Under the pieces are notes generated by a model that saw only the letters and a list, made by a program, of their open reading frames with translations, did no database searches and was not told where the DNA came from. DNA of 64,000 nt, taken from Amphiscolops sp. MND2022 (Eukaryota). The stretch lies in contig OZ076409.1 in the NCBI GenBank assembly GCA_964187785.1, positions 33,854,001 through 33,918,000 of the forward strand, written 5' to 3'. Both the position numbers and the translations under genes were made by a program. Positions 23,707-36,900 of the stretch are shown here, one piece after another; within the stretch, counting starts at the first letter, position 1, and each line of letters opens with the position of its first letter.

Positions 23707-24590
23707 TTTTTAATGGGCGCTTTCCGTTAGAAAAGAGCAACTATAGTCATGCTTTTTCGTCAGTTTTTTTCCGATACATCTGATCTGTCCAAAAGAGTTC
23801 TATCAAAAGTTCTTCAACTTTGCAAAGTAGTCAGTAACTTGGCCTAGTGGTTAACGCGGATTTCCCGCGGTCTAAGAAGCTGGGGTATGTGGGTTTGAGT
23901 CTCGCACTGAACCAAAAAAATATGTTTGGAAAATTATGGGAGACCAAAGGGTCCTTGTTAAAGTTTTTTCGGCACTATGCAACTTTTTCTTGATTTTTTC
24001 CCAAACCTAAACTCCCTCCCTCGATTTTCAGCAGAAACAATTGCGTTTTGCGAGCATAAATTGCCACTTCTAGTTTTTTCGGCACTATGCGACTTACCAA
24101 AGTAAAAATGGGAATTTTTTCACAGTTTTTGGTTTTTTGAGGCTTTCTGTGGAGGAAACAGAGTCTTGAGGGTGACCTCGCTGTTGATTTTTGATCCTAT
24201 GGAACTGATGACTTTTCTTAACGATTTTGGAAAGTACCCTTTGTCAGCCTTTTTTTCGGCTCTGTGCGTCGTTTTTCTTCTGAAACTTTCATGTAGTCAG
24301 AGGGGTACCCCCCTCGCTTTCATAGCTAATTTCCGCTTGAGAAAAAGTAGTTTTGGGAGCTGAAACTTTTTTCGGCACTATTAGATTTTCCGGAAACAAA
24401 CTGACAAGACATCAATTTTCAGAAATGGATTAATTGTGTTTCCAGTCAGGCAAGAAGTGATTTTCGGATCTTAGGCGTATCCTTTGGGGCAATTTCGACA
24501 CTAGTAAATGGGTTTAAGTTTGAAAATAGTGTCGTTTGTATATTGAAGAAACTTGAGTGGGGCGCCGACTTGGGTCAAGCCCGGTTCATT
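23707..24590 (-). mobile_element. Helentron-like non-autonomous repeat with an internal tRNA-like segment (about 23836-23915)
   Basis: ggcgccgacttggg head at about 24562-24576, degenerate 3' end at 23707-23770, internal ttttcggcactatgc repeats. Confidence 0.55.
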
Positions 24591-25619
24591 ATCTATTGTG
24601 TTTTAAACGTAACTTGTTGCTTTTTTATATGAGCTGGAGTTGTAAACATTACGAGATTGGTTTATTGGTTCCAGGATTTTTCTAGGGCTCTCCTTCCTTT
24701 GCTTTTTTTGACGACCGTGTGACTTGATGGCGGTACGCAGAAGTTTGGCGATGACTTTGTTGTCACTACACAACTATGGCAAACAAAGAATTTAACCTTC
24801 CTCTGAAAAGATTGCTTAGCTCTCATTCGCACTCGAAAAGTCATTTCCCCTAAAAATACTGTAGCAATTTCTCATTGAAGACAAAAAAAGTGAAACTATT
24901 TCAGTGCTTGTTTTATGCTAGAAGCAAATGCGTACTTATCTACAGGTTAGAAAACGTGAGATTCCGAAGTTTAATAAACACCACTCATGTCACAAATTTT
25001 AGGCCGGAAAAAAATAATCGGCCAAAAGACAGCTGGAGGACAATACAAGGTCTTCTCCTCAACACCTGACTGGAACTTCTGCTTTATAAAGTTTCTTCTA
25101 AGTTTCAACCTCCATGAAAATATAATCAATTCGAACGCAACCTTAATGAAAAAAACACCTACCGGTGCACTACATCAATTATCGCATTTATTACTTTGTC
25201 AACGACGTATTTTTAGCCTCAATTGTGGACATCAAAAACCCATGTCAACGAAGAACCCATGTTATCAAAAAAATTTTGCCAACCAGAACAATTGCTTTTT
25301 GCAGAAAGAGATAAAATCTTATTTTCAAGTCTTACATCGCGTTCCGAATTACTACGCAAGTTTCAATTTTCTAGAAAGTACAACTATCAAAGATCACAAG
25401 AGTACTTTTATTCTAATAGCCTTTTTCTGAGCACCGACAAGGAATTATTGCAAATAAAATGTACCTTTACTACACAAAATAACAAGAAAGAGCAGAATAT
25501 CCAATTTGCAAATGTTTTACTTCCAGGTAAATTCTATAGAAGCAACAGAATTTAGTTTTAACGGCAAGAGGTTTGATCTAACAATCTATGTTTGATCCTA
25601 AGTATTGTAACAATCGGCT

Positions 25620-26298
25620 TATCCATTGATTCCGTGCGGTTTTGAATAGTGTGTGTTTCAATTTTGAACAACCCGTTTTGACAGAATCCTAGAAATTATT
25701 TTTATTAGTCTACGGCTTTCCACCTTCACATAGTTTTGCTTTTTCAAATGGCGCAACTGTCGTTATTGATTTGGGGTCCGGGGAGTTCGCTGGCCACTCC
25801 ATCAGACGTTTTCTCGCCCAATCAAAAGATGCGTAGAAACACTCTAGTCACCAGAGAATCGTGGTAAAAAGCATTGTCATGCATGAATACAAATTCCCCT
25901 GGTTCTGGAGGATGTATTTCGTGAGGCAAATTTTTTTACAAGATCTCGGTGTCATTTTCATGTCATGAAAGGGCTCATGAGTTTGGAGCCAAATGTAGCT
26001 GCCCAAAACATGACCTCCATTTTGCTGTCGTCTTAGTCTTACTGGGATATCCAATTTCTCCTTCACCCAGCCGCTTGAGAGTCCATTCGAATAGTCGAAG
26101 TTTGCTCGACACCCGTCAGAAAACATGATGTTAACAGATTTTTGTTTCATGTACCTAACTGCAACTTAAATTCTCCTTTTTAAGCGCTGATTTCATTTCA
26201 CCCAAGACTTCACAGCCAAGGATTTTTCTCAAGCGGCTAGTACTAGAGTCCACCTAAAAATTGCTTACATTGAAACACTTTTGAGACGTCGTAGGTGA
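25620..26298 (-). pseudogene. Tc1-like DD34E transposase remnant, C-terminal part (N-terminal part at about 39190-39400, split by element C)
   Basis: Minus-strand motifs IMFSDG, FMHDNA and WPANSPDPKSI with frameshifts. Beyond element C, RYHRTIKNFLRK resembles a Tc1 N-terminal helix-turn-helix. Confidence 0.75.
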
Positions 26299-29039
26299 TA
26301 TAACGTCATCTTGTGATGAACGAAATTTTGGCTATTTTTCCATTCCAATGTCACGACACAATCGCTTAGCGCTTGCTGTTACATGGAACATCATTTTTTG
26401 GCGACGACAGAGGGATCGTCTTTGGGAAGCTTTCCTTCATGGTTATTAAAAATCTGGCCCACCGGTGTTCAGCGCCTTGACAGTTTCGACTCTGTGGGAG
26501 AAGCCAGCACTTCGCCTCTTTTTAACGACTGCATGTATTCTTGGAAGTTGGAACGAGAAGGATCCTGAAAAACCCGAAAAAAAAACACGTTTTCAGGTGT
26601 GATTTTGGCTTTTTGAAGGAGAAAAATCAGTGAATGCATGTTTTGTGATGTTGTAATGTGTTAACTCATCAACGGGTATGTGTTTTGCAGGTAGTAGTTA
26701 CCGTAGCACGTGGCTACAGGTGTTTAACAGGTGTTTCTAGCTTTTTTCAGCTTTTTGAGCAATGCTGATGGAAGAAAAGCCATACTCCAACAGAGCGACG
26801 GGGGTACGATATGGAGTAATGTCGTTCGTTGTTTTCCGTTTCTCGAGGAGACGTCAAGATATGGATAGCGAGTGCTAGTGCTGACAGTGCTAACGGCCCA
26901 AACCGAAAGGCTCTAGCTTGTCTGGGTGTGGAGAAATTGCGTGGCGGATGGGTCATGATTCGCGAAATATTTTAATTTGCACCTTTTTTGTGGGGGATCT
27001 ATGGTGCAGGTCGGTGACATTGTTTGCAAAATGACGACATCCTATGGAACGCTTTTAAGCGAAGAAAACAACGATTTTTTGCAAAAGTAGCAATTTTTCG
27101 TGTTTTTTGGTGTTTTCCTTGATTGGAGCACGAGTGCTCCGTAAGTCCAACGTAGTCTTGCAAAAAGTGGGGCAAAAGTAGCCTCGAGCCCCGAAGGAGT
27201 CGGGAAATATAAAGGTTAACCGTTCTTAAATTTCATCAAGGGAAAAAGGATGTGTTTTGTTGTGAAAGTGCAAAAACTGGAAAAACGGGCGAAAAGTCAC
27301 CTAATACAACTGGTGTAGTCAGGTGTAGAAGCCTGGGGAATCGTTGTAAAGTGATTTCTCGAGCAAACCACAACTCCAGGGCACCAGAATCAAAATTTTT
27401 AGTGAGTTTAGCCGCTCCTGAAACCACGGATAAGCAAAAACTATATAATTTTGGCTCCTGTGGGCTATGTAGAGCACATAGTAAAAAATACTCCAGAGCC
27501 AACCCTAGATTGCACGAGAGAGCTTTCGCGCTCTCATTTTCTGTTTTTAAAGTAAAAACAACGTGTGGTGGTGTAAATCACTTGTAAAAACTCCCATTCA
27601 GTGCTGATAAAAGTGGAAAAACGCACTGAATATAACCAAATTTCCACAAAGTCGGACTGTCTAATTGTTAGGGTCGGGTCATTGATACCCGAACCATAGC
27701 TAAACAGTGGTTGCATTTTCGTAACCACCACCAAAATAAACGTTAGTGCCGAACTTTTGGTGAGCCTAGCGCTAACCAAAGTCGAGACAAGCTTTCTAAC
27801 GTTTTGACCTCAGAAAGTACTAAAACAGCTCAAAATAGCCGAAACTGTAGGACCGACAGTGTCTTATACCTAACGGGCACGACTAATTGAAGGTTTGTGG
27901 TAGTGCTGTGACTAGTGGGACAACACGTTGACACCATTTTGCCTGCAGTAACATTTGTAGTATCGACCCTCTTAGTCAATTTGTGAAAAAAGTGTCAAAA
28001 AAGACTGTGTTCGCTAAAATGGTGTCTGTACCCAGTCGGAAATCCTGGAAAGCTCTCGGGCTTCCATCAAATCCTTGAACCCGAATTGGGTGCCCACTGG
28101 CAACGCCTACCAAGTTTCGTGCCGATCGGTGCAGTGTTTGTTGAGAAATTGACGAAAACGTACTGCACAAAAAGAGGTGCAAAAAAAAACAAATTTTTCG
28201 AAAATTTTTGGAAGAGCTTGAACACCTTATCCGAAAAGTAGGGGGGTAAAGTGCAGCCCACTGGCGTAATTCGTGCTAATGGGTGCACTACTAGGGAGGA
28301 AACCGAACCGCTAACTGAACCTGGTGCTTAGAAATTGCATGATAAGCGTGCATTTTGACCCCTCCTGATACATAGGTGTACCGCACGTTTGTACCGAGGC
28401 GAAACAAGCCTCAGAGCCTGAATTGGCGTTCACCACCGTGTACCTACGTGTGTGTAGGATCCCCTGGCTAATTTTGAGCCGGACCCAACCCTTCAGTGAC
28501 GAATACGAGTTACTTGTGTTTTTTTCGTACTATCCGATGAAATTCAAAAATTGTAGTAGGTGTCTCGTGCTCGTTCCAACGAACATGTAACCCCTAACCG
28601 AGAATAGTTTCCAAATTTGAGGGTTGGAAACTAATGCTGGGGCAAATTTGAGCTGGCTACAACCACTAGAAGCGATTTTGATTTTTTTCAAGCGTGCTAA
28701 GACTGGGTTTTGGTTGAGTCCTCACCGGAAGGACCAGCGGTCGCGCACTCTCCAAGGACCCATAGGTACAAATTCTGTGATCTCTGAGTATACGTGGTTG
28801 TTTGGTAAGTCGAGCAGAGCGACGCGCAGTCTTTTACCTGCGAGCGTGATTATTTGGGCCTCGCTGATATCCCAGTGGTGCATTCGTTGATAGTTCATAC
28901 GTACCTTCGTGAACTTCCTCACGTAACAAGCAATCGCTACACCATGTTTTGGGCTGGTGCGCTGGCTATTGTCATACTACTTACGCGCCATTCAACAACC
29001 GCACCCAAAAAGAGCGAATCTTGTGCTTCCGGAGTCATC

Positions 29040-32000
29040 GGGACGGGTGAGATTCAGGAAACTAGCTCAACCCAACGCGAGAGTTCTGGAAGTGATAGTA
29101 ACTTGAGCATACGGGAATGGCCCACTGTTAAACCTTTAGTGACCAATTCCTCTTTTTCAGAAGCAATGTCTGATATAGTAAATATCGATCAACAGCGAAA
29201 GGAAGAGCAAAACGCTATGGCTCATGACCGAGATAATTTACCAGTTTAGGAGGAACTCCTCCGCACCGGACAATGGATACAGGACACCAGGAGCGGGTTA
29301 TTGTCACTTCAAACGGGTGGATTTTGGCCCAACTCAAAAAACCGGCTGTTGATACGACTCCTTTGCGCGAAGGGTGCTCGAGGGCACCAAATGAAGGTAG
29401 CAGCCCTGGCAGCAAAGACACTGATGCTATCCTTGAGAGCAAGACGTAGGTGGGTGGCATGAATTATGCCAAGTGTCGCTTGAAGGCCAGTCGTACGAAG
29501 GGCTCCGAAAACAGAAGAAGGTGCGTCTTCCGACATTGTGTATGCAGGATGAATGGGACCGTGACAATGCACAGTCAATTCGCGACGGTACCACCTCTAT
29601 CGCCACAACGGGTCATTTTGCCCGAGACTGTCCTACCCGAGATCAGGCTCACAAACCCGCCGTAGTCCCAGAGCCCGAAGCTGTGAAAATCACCATTGAA
29701 AACGTCGTATAGTGCATCGCGGAGAATTGTGGTCTGGTGGATCATGTGGCTTCACAATGTGTGGAAAACGCTGTGAGTGACGACTTCGCTCACAGCCGAT
29801 CGGCGGAAGTCGAGGCGGCTGGTGCTGCTGCCCATATTGTGCCATTAGAGGATGACCGTTTGTTGACTCTCCACTCCGTGAAACATCCAGCCTTCTACAC
29901 ACCCCTCACCATATATTGTGATGCCAAGCAATTGCAAACGCACTTGGAGCCAACAACCTTCGACCCCAAGGGCGTACGCTTATATCCAATCATTTGATGT
30001 TGGCTGCAGTGCAGTTGCGTCGCCCGACATTAACTCTAGCCAAAATTTGGACTAAACAATCTATCTTGTACAAGCGAGTGAAACTCCCCACACCCAAAGG
30101 AGTGGTATGTCCCCTGAGACTCGGACAAATTGACCACGTATTCTCCAGTGCCCATTTGTGCCACGATGGACGGCGTGGACGTGAAGTTTGAAGCCTGCGT
30201 TGTAGTTGACGTGTCCCCTCCCAACATATGCCTGGGACCTCAAGAGCTCAAATGCTACAACATCAGTTGCCAGGAACTCACCGGCGAAGAACGAATAGAC
30301 GAGCGTGCGTCGCTCGTCGTATCCTTCATAGTGCCCCATGCGGCACCGGGGTGGTGCTGGAGGCCTATCTGAACAACTTATACACCGCCATTGGCAAAAC
30401 TATCGAAACATTTGGAATGGCGGAGCGTGTGCGCTTCCAATTAGGAGGCTAAGAGTTAGAGACGAATTTCGTTGTGGTGGACGATGCAATGGGAGTCGAG
30501 GGCATCTTGCTAGGCCGCAACTTCCTTCGAGTTTATCAGGTCCCTGTTGATCTGACATCAATGAGGATCGTGGTTCGTGCGCCTGTTCAACCAGTCTGGC
30601 ACCACGCCCACACCCAGGTAGGTGACTTCACTTTAGCAGTTCCCGTCCCTTTAGACAGCGACCTAGTGCTGCAACCCTTCGAACGTACGGTTGTGGAAGC
30701 CAAAGTAGTCACTGCCACCCTAGAGCCGCTAGTGTTTCAAAACGTTGTGTTGAACGCCGCCCTTGCGGACGTGTCACTACAGAATGTTGTGTTTTTAGAG
30801 GACTGCGGTGTCACTGTCAGTGAGACAGGCCATGTGTTCATCAGCGTGATGAACCTCACGAGCAACCCACAACGTATTCGTGAAAACACCCACCTGGGAA
30901 CAGTGGTACCCGTAACCCTTGTGTACCGAGCTGTATCCCAACAAGTGGATAGTCCAAAACTAAAAACTGACTTTGATTAAAACCACGTCGATTTTGTTCA
31001 TAAAGTTTATGAGGAAATTATTCTCAGTACTAACTCCCAATTAACGTCTTCGTCAGAGTTCGAGTTTTTGTCGTCAACAGATCCTACTGAGGAAGGCCTT
31101 TCAGACCGCGAAAAGCGGAAACACACGGATCCTGACCTAATGGCTTCATGCCTGACCAGAGTCGCGGCTACAGGAAGTGAAGGACCTGTGAGGTTCTGAA
31201 GCAAGCACCTCTTTAGAAAACATTTTACCCGAGTTTGATGACTTGTTGACGAAACATAAGGCTGACATTGGTCGATGCACAATAGCCAAAAATCTATTAG
31301 ATGTAGAACCAGGTGCCGTGCCGCACCGTGGGGTTGCCAGGCGTATGTCCCCTGGAAAAGCAGCACGTGCCAACCAAGAGGTGTGTCAACCGCTTGCGCG
31401 TAGAATGATCCAACCCTCACTGTCCCTTTGGGTCAGCGGCATCGTCATGATCAATGCACCAATGGCAAGCTCCCCCATGAGACAGACGCCTCCGACCTAT
31501 TGTCTATGGCAGCAAGAAATTGATCGCTACTCAGGCAAAGTACAGAGCTCGTAAGTTGGAAATGTACGCCGCCTACCACTTCGGAAATGTACGCCGCCTA
31601 CAACTTCATCGTCAAGAACCACAACAACTTGTGCGCGCGAAAGTTGACTTTGAGAGTAGACAACCAAGCACTGTCGTGGTTAAACACCTATTCAACCGAT
31701 CAGACTGGCATTGGTCGATGGATAATAGCTCTCGCGAAGTACCACTTCCGCGTGGAACAATGACCACGGACACAACATTGCAATGCCGATGGTTTGTCTA
31801 AACGGAATATTGACTATCGATGGCGATAACAACAGCTAGAAAAACATCCCCCAGTAGCTGAACGCTGGAACTTCTTGTCTCAAGATGAGTATGAAATATT
31901 GCCCACTGCATCATGGTTTGACGTGCAAGGCCGAATCATACCTAACCAACCTGATCTGCCATCGCTCCTGCGAAAAGTGCAACCCACCCCTCTTGATTTG

Positions 32001-33700
32001 GTTCAGCGCATTATTTGTCGCACACAACGGAACAAACGACAGGAAAAGCAAAAAGAAGCTTGGACGGCACCACTGCCGCCGCCTCACCCACCCGTGTTGC
32101 ACGCTCACGAAGACTTTTATCCTGACTATCCTGAAGACTGGATAGATGTAACCAAGGAAGCAAGCAACCGTTTACTTACTGCCCACCCACGAGGCCAGCG
32201 TATCAGTGTTACAGAATGCTCCCAATATTATCAAGAAGGCGGAGTGGAAATACTATTCGAAGTCTCAGCACTGATCTTCACAAGCTTGCCCACACTGTCC
32301 ATGGCATCAAAGTTCTAGTGTTAGCCCAGAACCGAGACGTTCATGTCTTGGCACTCAAAAAACTGGTCAACAACGAAAAAATTGACCAAGACATCTTTCA
32401 GGAGGATGTGCGTGCTGTTGCCTGCAACTATTTCAAACAAAAAAAAGGAACTGCTATTTTTGAACTCCAACGGAGTTCTTTGTGCGAAGTATCCTCTGTC
32501 ACAGCGACTGTTGCATGAACGGCCCCGCATGATTGTGATGCCCCAATTTACCAGCATGAGATTCTCTTTCGTGCGCACGATGCAATGGGTCACCAGGGCA
32601 TCAGCAGAGTTGTCGCGCGCTTACAAGAACGCCATACTTTGCCTGGGATTCGTCGCACTCTAGGGCAATACGTCAGTCAATGCCTTACTTGCCAACAAGT
32701 ACGAGATGAACCTGGCGACGTCCGCTTTCACCTCAACAACATCCGGAGTGGGTACTTTAACGAGCTGGTCCAGTATGAAGCTTTACCCCTCCAATGATGG
32801 CAACACGGGAATTTTGGTCATCATTGACCACTTCTCCAAATTTGCTGAAGCTGTACCTTGCAGTCACGATAGTATGACGCCATCACCACGTCTTGTTTAG
32901 TGCTTCAAAAATGGTTTGCCCGACAAGGCGCGCCCACGCGCATCCAATCTGACAACGCTCCCAATTTGCCCGCTGAGGTCTCGAACGAGTTCATGAAGGC
33001 CTCGCAAGTCACCAAGAGGTCACCTCTACCGCTGGTCACCCGCGTACCCAAGTATTGGTGGAGCATCAGAATCGCACACTCTCACTTTGCTGCGAGTATT
33101 TTGTTACCGCTGGATGCGCGACTGGGATAGGCACCTAGATGAAGTGCTTGGTGCATACAATTCTACCCGACACGCTACATCAGGGCATTTGCCCTACAAG
33201 TTGACGCGTGGTACTGAGGAAGCGATACCGCTCACGTACTTCTACCCTGAGTTTTCGACTCAGTCATTCGCGACGCATGACGCATATGTAGAAAATGTGT
33301 TGGCCCGCAAACAAGAAACTGGTGAACTGGTGCGTCGCAACACCCACCAAGCTCAATTGCATCAAAATCTTAAGGACGACCGCACCATACGGGCCAAGGC
33401 GTACAAGCAAGGTGATCTCGTATGGGTTTTTTGCCGATACGTCCCGCAAAAATGTTCGACCAAGTTGATGCGCGCCTAGCGTGGTCCGCTACGTGTAGTT
33501 CATGTTTTTCAGGAGGGACGTGTCTACATCCTAGACACTGGGCAAAAAGTGTACTTTGAACATCTTAAACCGCATCACAATGGCCCCACGGAATATGCCA
33601 CAACCCTTGACACTGGCAAAATCGCCGTCATCATGAATCCGGAGCCCGAGCGCTCCATTGAACCCATAAATGATCTATTCCAGCCTCCTTACAAGTCTGA
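29040..33700 (+). pseudogene. Decayed gag-pol of element C with the RT core deleted
   Basis: Zinc-knuckle remnants GHFARDC and CGLVDHVASQC. Protease C-terminus ILLGRNFL. The RT start (IQPSLSLWVSGIVM) runs almost directly into RNase H (PIVYGSKKL..QAKY...LEMYA) at about 31450. Integrase motifs HDAMGH...CLTC, IDHFSKF, IQSDNA, AYNSTRH. Many stops and frameshifts. Confidence 0.9.
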
Positions 33701-33979
33701 ACACTCATTTTCCGAAGCTTCGAATGTATAATTGCCTTCACGCCGACAACATTGGATGAATACGCGACTGCGCACCAAACTCCGTGTTGGAGAGTCTCAA
33801 GTGCATTATCAGCAATTCGATTATTTAACAACGGACACGAACGATGAATTTTCTGAAGCAAAGCTCCCCATTCCCACCTATCCCCAAGACCTGGAGCAAC
33901 CCATAACGCCTCCGGACTCATCCCCTGAGTATGATACCTCTTTTCATGACTGCCTCCCTTAATTGTTTTCTGACCACGA

Positions 33980-36900
33980 GCTCGCGCGCTCACCGTCACG
34001 CCAGAAAGAGGACAAAACGAGGACTTAGTTCCCGGCATTGTTGTACGAGCGGAGAAGACCTTTGCTGGTGTAGAAAGAACTGACAATCACTCAGCCGAAA
34101 TAAATCTACAACAAATCGCAGTGCCAGGTGTCGCGAAAGTGCCATATCCCCAATTCAAAGAGTGGACGAGCGATAGCAAAGGCCTTGAAATCACGCTAGC
34201 AACGATGGTTCCCCCAGTTCTCCCCAATATTGTGTTTGGTCCGTTCAACGTTGAGCGAGAAACAGTGCAAATGGCCAGGTACAATACTGCTGACATGCCA
34301 CTCGACCGATACGGGGTAGAAGTTGAGCCGGGTGGCGTCTACAATCCCGTCCCGTACTGATGGTTATTGGTGATTGCTCCACGCGTCGACACGCAAGTGA
34401 ATCCACAGTTTTTGCTGCTATGCTTGGAAAGTCTGAGGAAGATTTAATCTTATGCTTCCACCTCATCGATTGGTATCAAGGTAAAGTAAAGTTTCGCTGG
34501 TGGTAAGACTTGATCATCACGTGTTTTGTTAACTACGATCATCACGTGTTTTGTTGCAGTCTTCCTGGCCTGCAAACATGGCTAGATGCACTTTTGCAGC
34601 CCGATGGCTGCATGTCGACAAGGACTAGTCAAGATCCTAGACCCAGCACCGCAACACAGCGTGCGCTATCTCCGATTCCAGGGCTATTGCCCGTCTCAGA
34701 CCAAGAACACGGACGTAAGAGGGTCTCGTCCCATGACCTGACTGGATCGGCAAGCACAAGTGACAGCTCGACCAGTCGTCTCCCCCCTGACAAACGGAAC
34801 AATGTACCACGTTCGGTAGTGATCTCAGAGCCCCCCAAAGTGGGTTATCAAGGATTTTCCTCAGCCCCAGCTATCGATGAGTGAGGTGATGGAACGTTAC
34901 GCACCCAGTCCTTCTTCTGTGCTCGAGGGCACAGCAAACACAGCGTCATCTAGTTCTGCTTAATCGGCAAGGAGAACACCCAAGGTCCCGCCATACTATC
35001 TACCTTCAAAGGATGTGGCTGGTTCCTTGGTGACCAGGGATGCCAATCAAATCTGGCAGGTAGCATCACGGCGATCAGAAAGGCAATTCAGAGATCGCCA
35101 GCGTGTTCCTCCCTCAAGTGCTGACAAGGCGTAATTGAGAAATCTATCAAAAGTAGCTCACTTGTCGAGGACACTTCGCGCCTTTGACGTCGACATTGGT
35201 GAGCAGGCATGGGACCAGCGCGTCGTAGTGCGACTGGCGCTCGCCCATGTCAACTATCTACAACCAATGCAGAACAACTTGCATGAACTGTTTAACGCTA
35301 GGTACACCTTGCAAGCCGGCGACACCTGTGAGACCCACAGTGTGTATCCGCGGAGTCTAGAGTCATTGAAGCCTATTCCCAAGAACTTGATACAACGTAC
35401 GCGATTTTGCGTGATGAAGAGGGTTTCAGCAGTTTGTGTACATGCTAACCGAGGTCTGCATAGCGAAGACATTGAATTTTATGTGTGCTCCTAACCTGCG
35501 CGTCGGACAGGATGATTTGCGCCCAGCAGCACTGTCAGTCCACGTATTATTGGCGGCAATATTCCGTCTGCTGCATGCACTGGAAAAAAACGGCAACGCA
35601 CAGTTGACGTGGGATGACACCATTAATTACGACCATGTGCGACCATTATTACAACCACGAATGCGTCTGTGTTGTCTGATGTTTCATGAGGAAGGCAACC
35701 GCCTTCACGATGCTACTTTGGCGGAGCGAAAACAAGCGCCTATACAACTGGTTGGTCCGTAAGGCCCATCCCACCGCGGTAAAGGCAGACTTGGCCGCAG
35801 TGTGGGAACAAATTGGCAGTTGGCCGGCAAATCGGGAGGTGTAACGCACTACAAGTCCACTTTGCTGAGAATACGGAGATCATCAAGCTACCACTGGGTC
35901 TGCGACACATTGTAGCCCATGAAGCTGTGACCCTAGAGCGGGCAATAAAAGCCCGTGAAATCACCTACGTGAATGGTACCAAGACCGGCTGGCGACGTTC
36001 ACCCACCCAATGGCAGCTCGAGCGCTGTCTGTTTCCTTCCCGGCCCTCTTGACAAGTTTCGGCCCAGGCTGGAACCTGGATGTTGTAACTGACGAGTTCA
36101 AATTGAGTCGAACGCAAGTGAAAAAACTCACTGACACACCAGAACTCATGACCGTCAATGAGGGGCTAGCTCGCGCGCTATCCTTAGGACCTACTAGATT
36201 TGTGGCTGGTCCTCTAGCCATGATCGTGGACCTAGTAGCAGGCTCGCTTGAGTTCTACACGTACTCAGTACTGGCTCAAGGCAAGATGAACAGACTGATT
36301 GGCTCAAGCGAAGTGTTATTCATACAAGACAAGCAGAACTATACTGAGCCCTTGCTAAAACTTAGAGCCTCCCTACAACATTGGCTGTAGTCGTCGCTGC
36401 TGGTCTTCGCGTCCGTCAAATTCGTGGGTGTGGACCAAGCGCAATCACTCCACTATCCGGACATCAGCTCCCCAATGAAAATGCTGGATTCCCCATCCCG
36501 CAAAAACTTGGGGGATCTCACATTGTCCGAGGTCGAAGACTTGGTTCCAGTTATAGCGCCGATGCTAGTATCCGTCTTTGGACCTTTGGGACTACTGCGG
36601 TATCCAACCAAACCCGTGGCAATGGCTGTGCAAGTGGCCACGGTCTCCATTTTCACGTAATTACAAGGTATTCCTCACATGGACTATGAATACGTCATCA
36701 GAGAACTCCTTAGCAGTGAAGTGCTGCAAGTCGACACCACTATCAAGACGGAACAGCAAGCTGAGGTAAACTTGATGGGTTTCATTAGGGCCCGCACTCG
36801 GAAGGCGACTGTGCTGCCTAGAGAGTTCGTCCCAGTCAACTGGTACAATGCTCTCGTAAACCTGAATGGGCAACCGTTCAGATTTCCATGGCCCACAGAA

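Noticed and set aside
23836..23915. Functional tRNA gene
   Set aside because: No convincing cloverleaf or acceptor stem, and it is embedded in a repeat.
24875..25555. ORFs of 65-147 aa as additional P4HA exons or genes
   Set aside because: No recognisable motifs, and exons 1 and 2 already join in frame.
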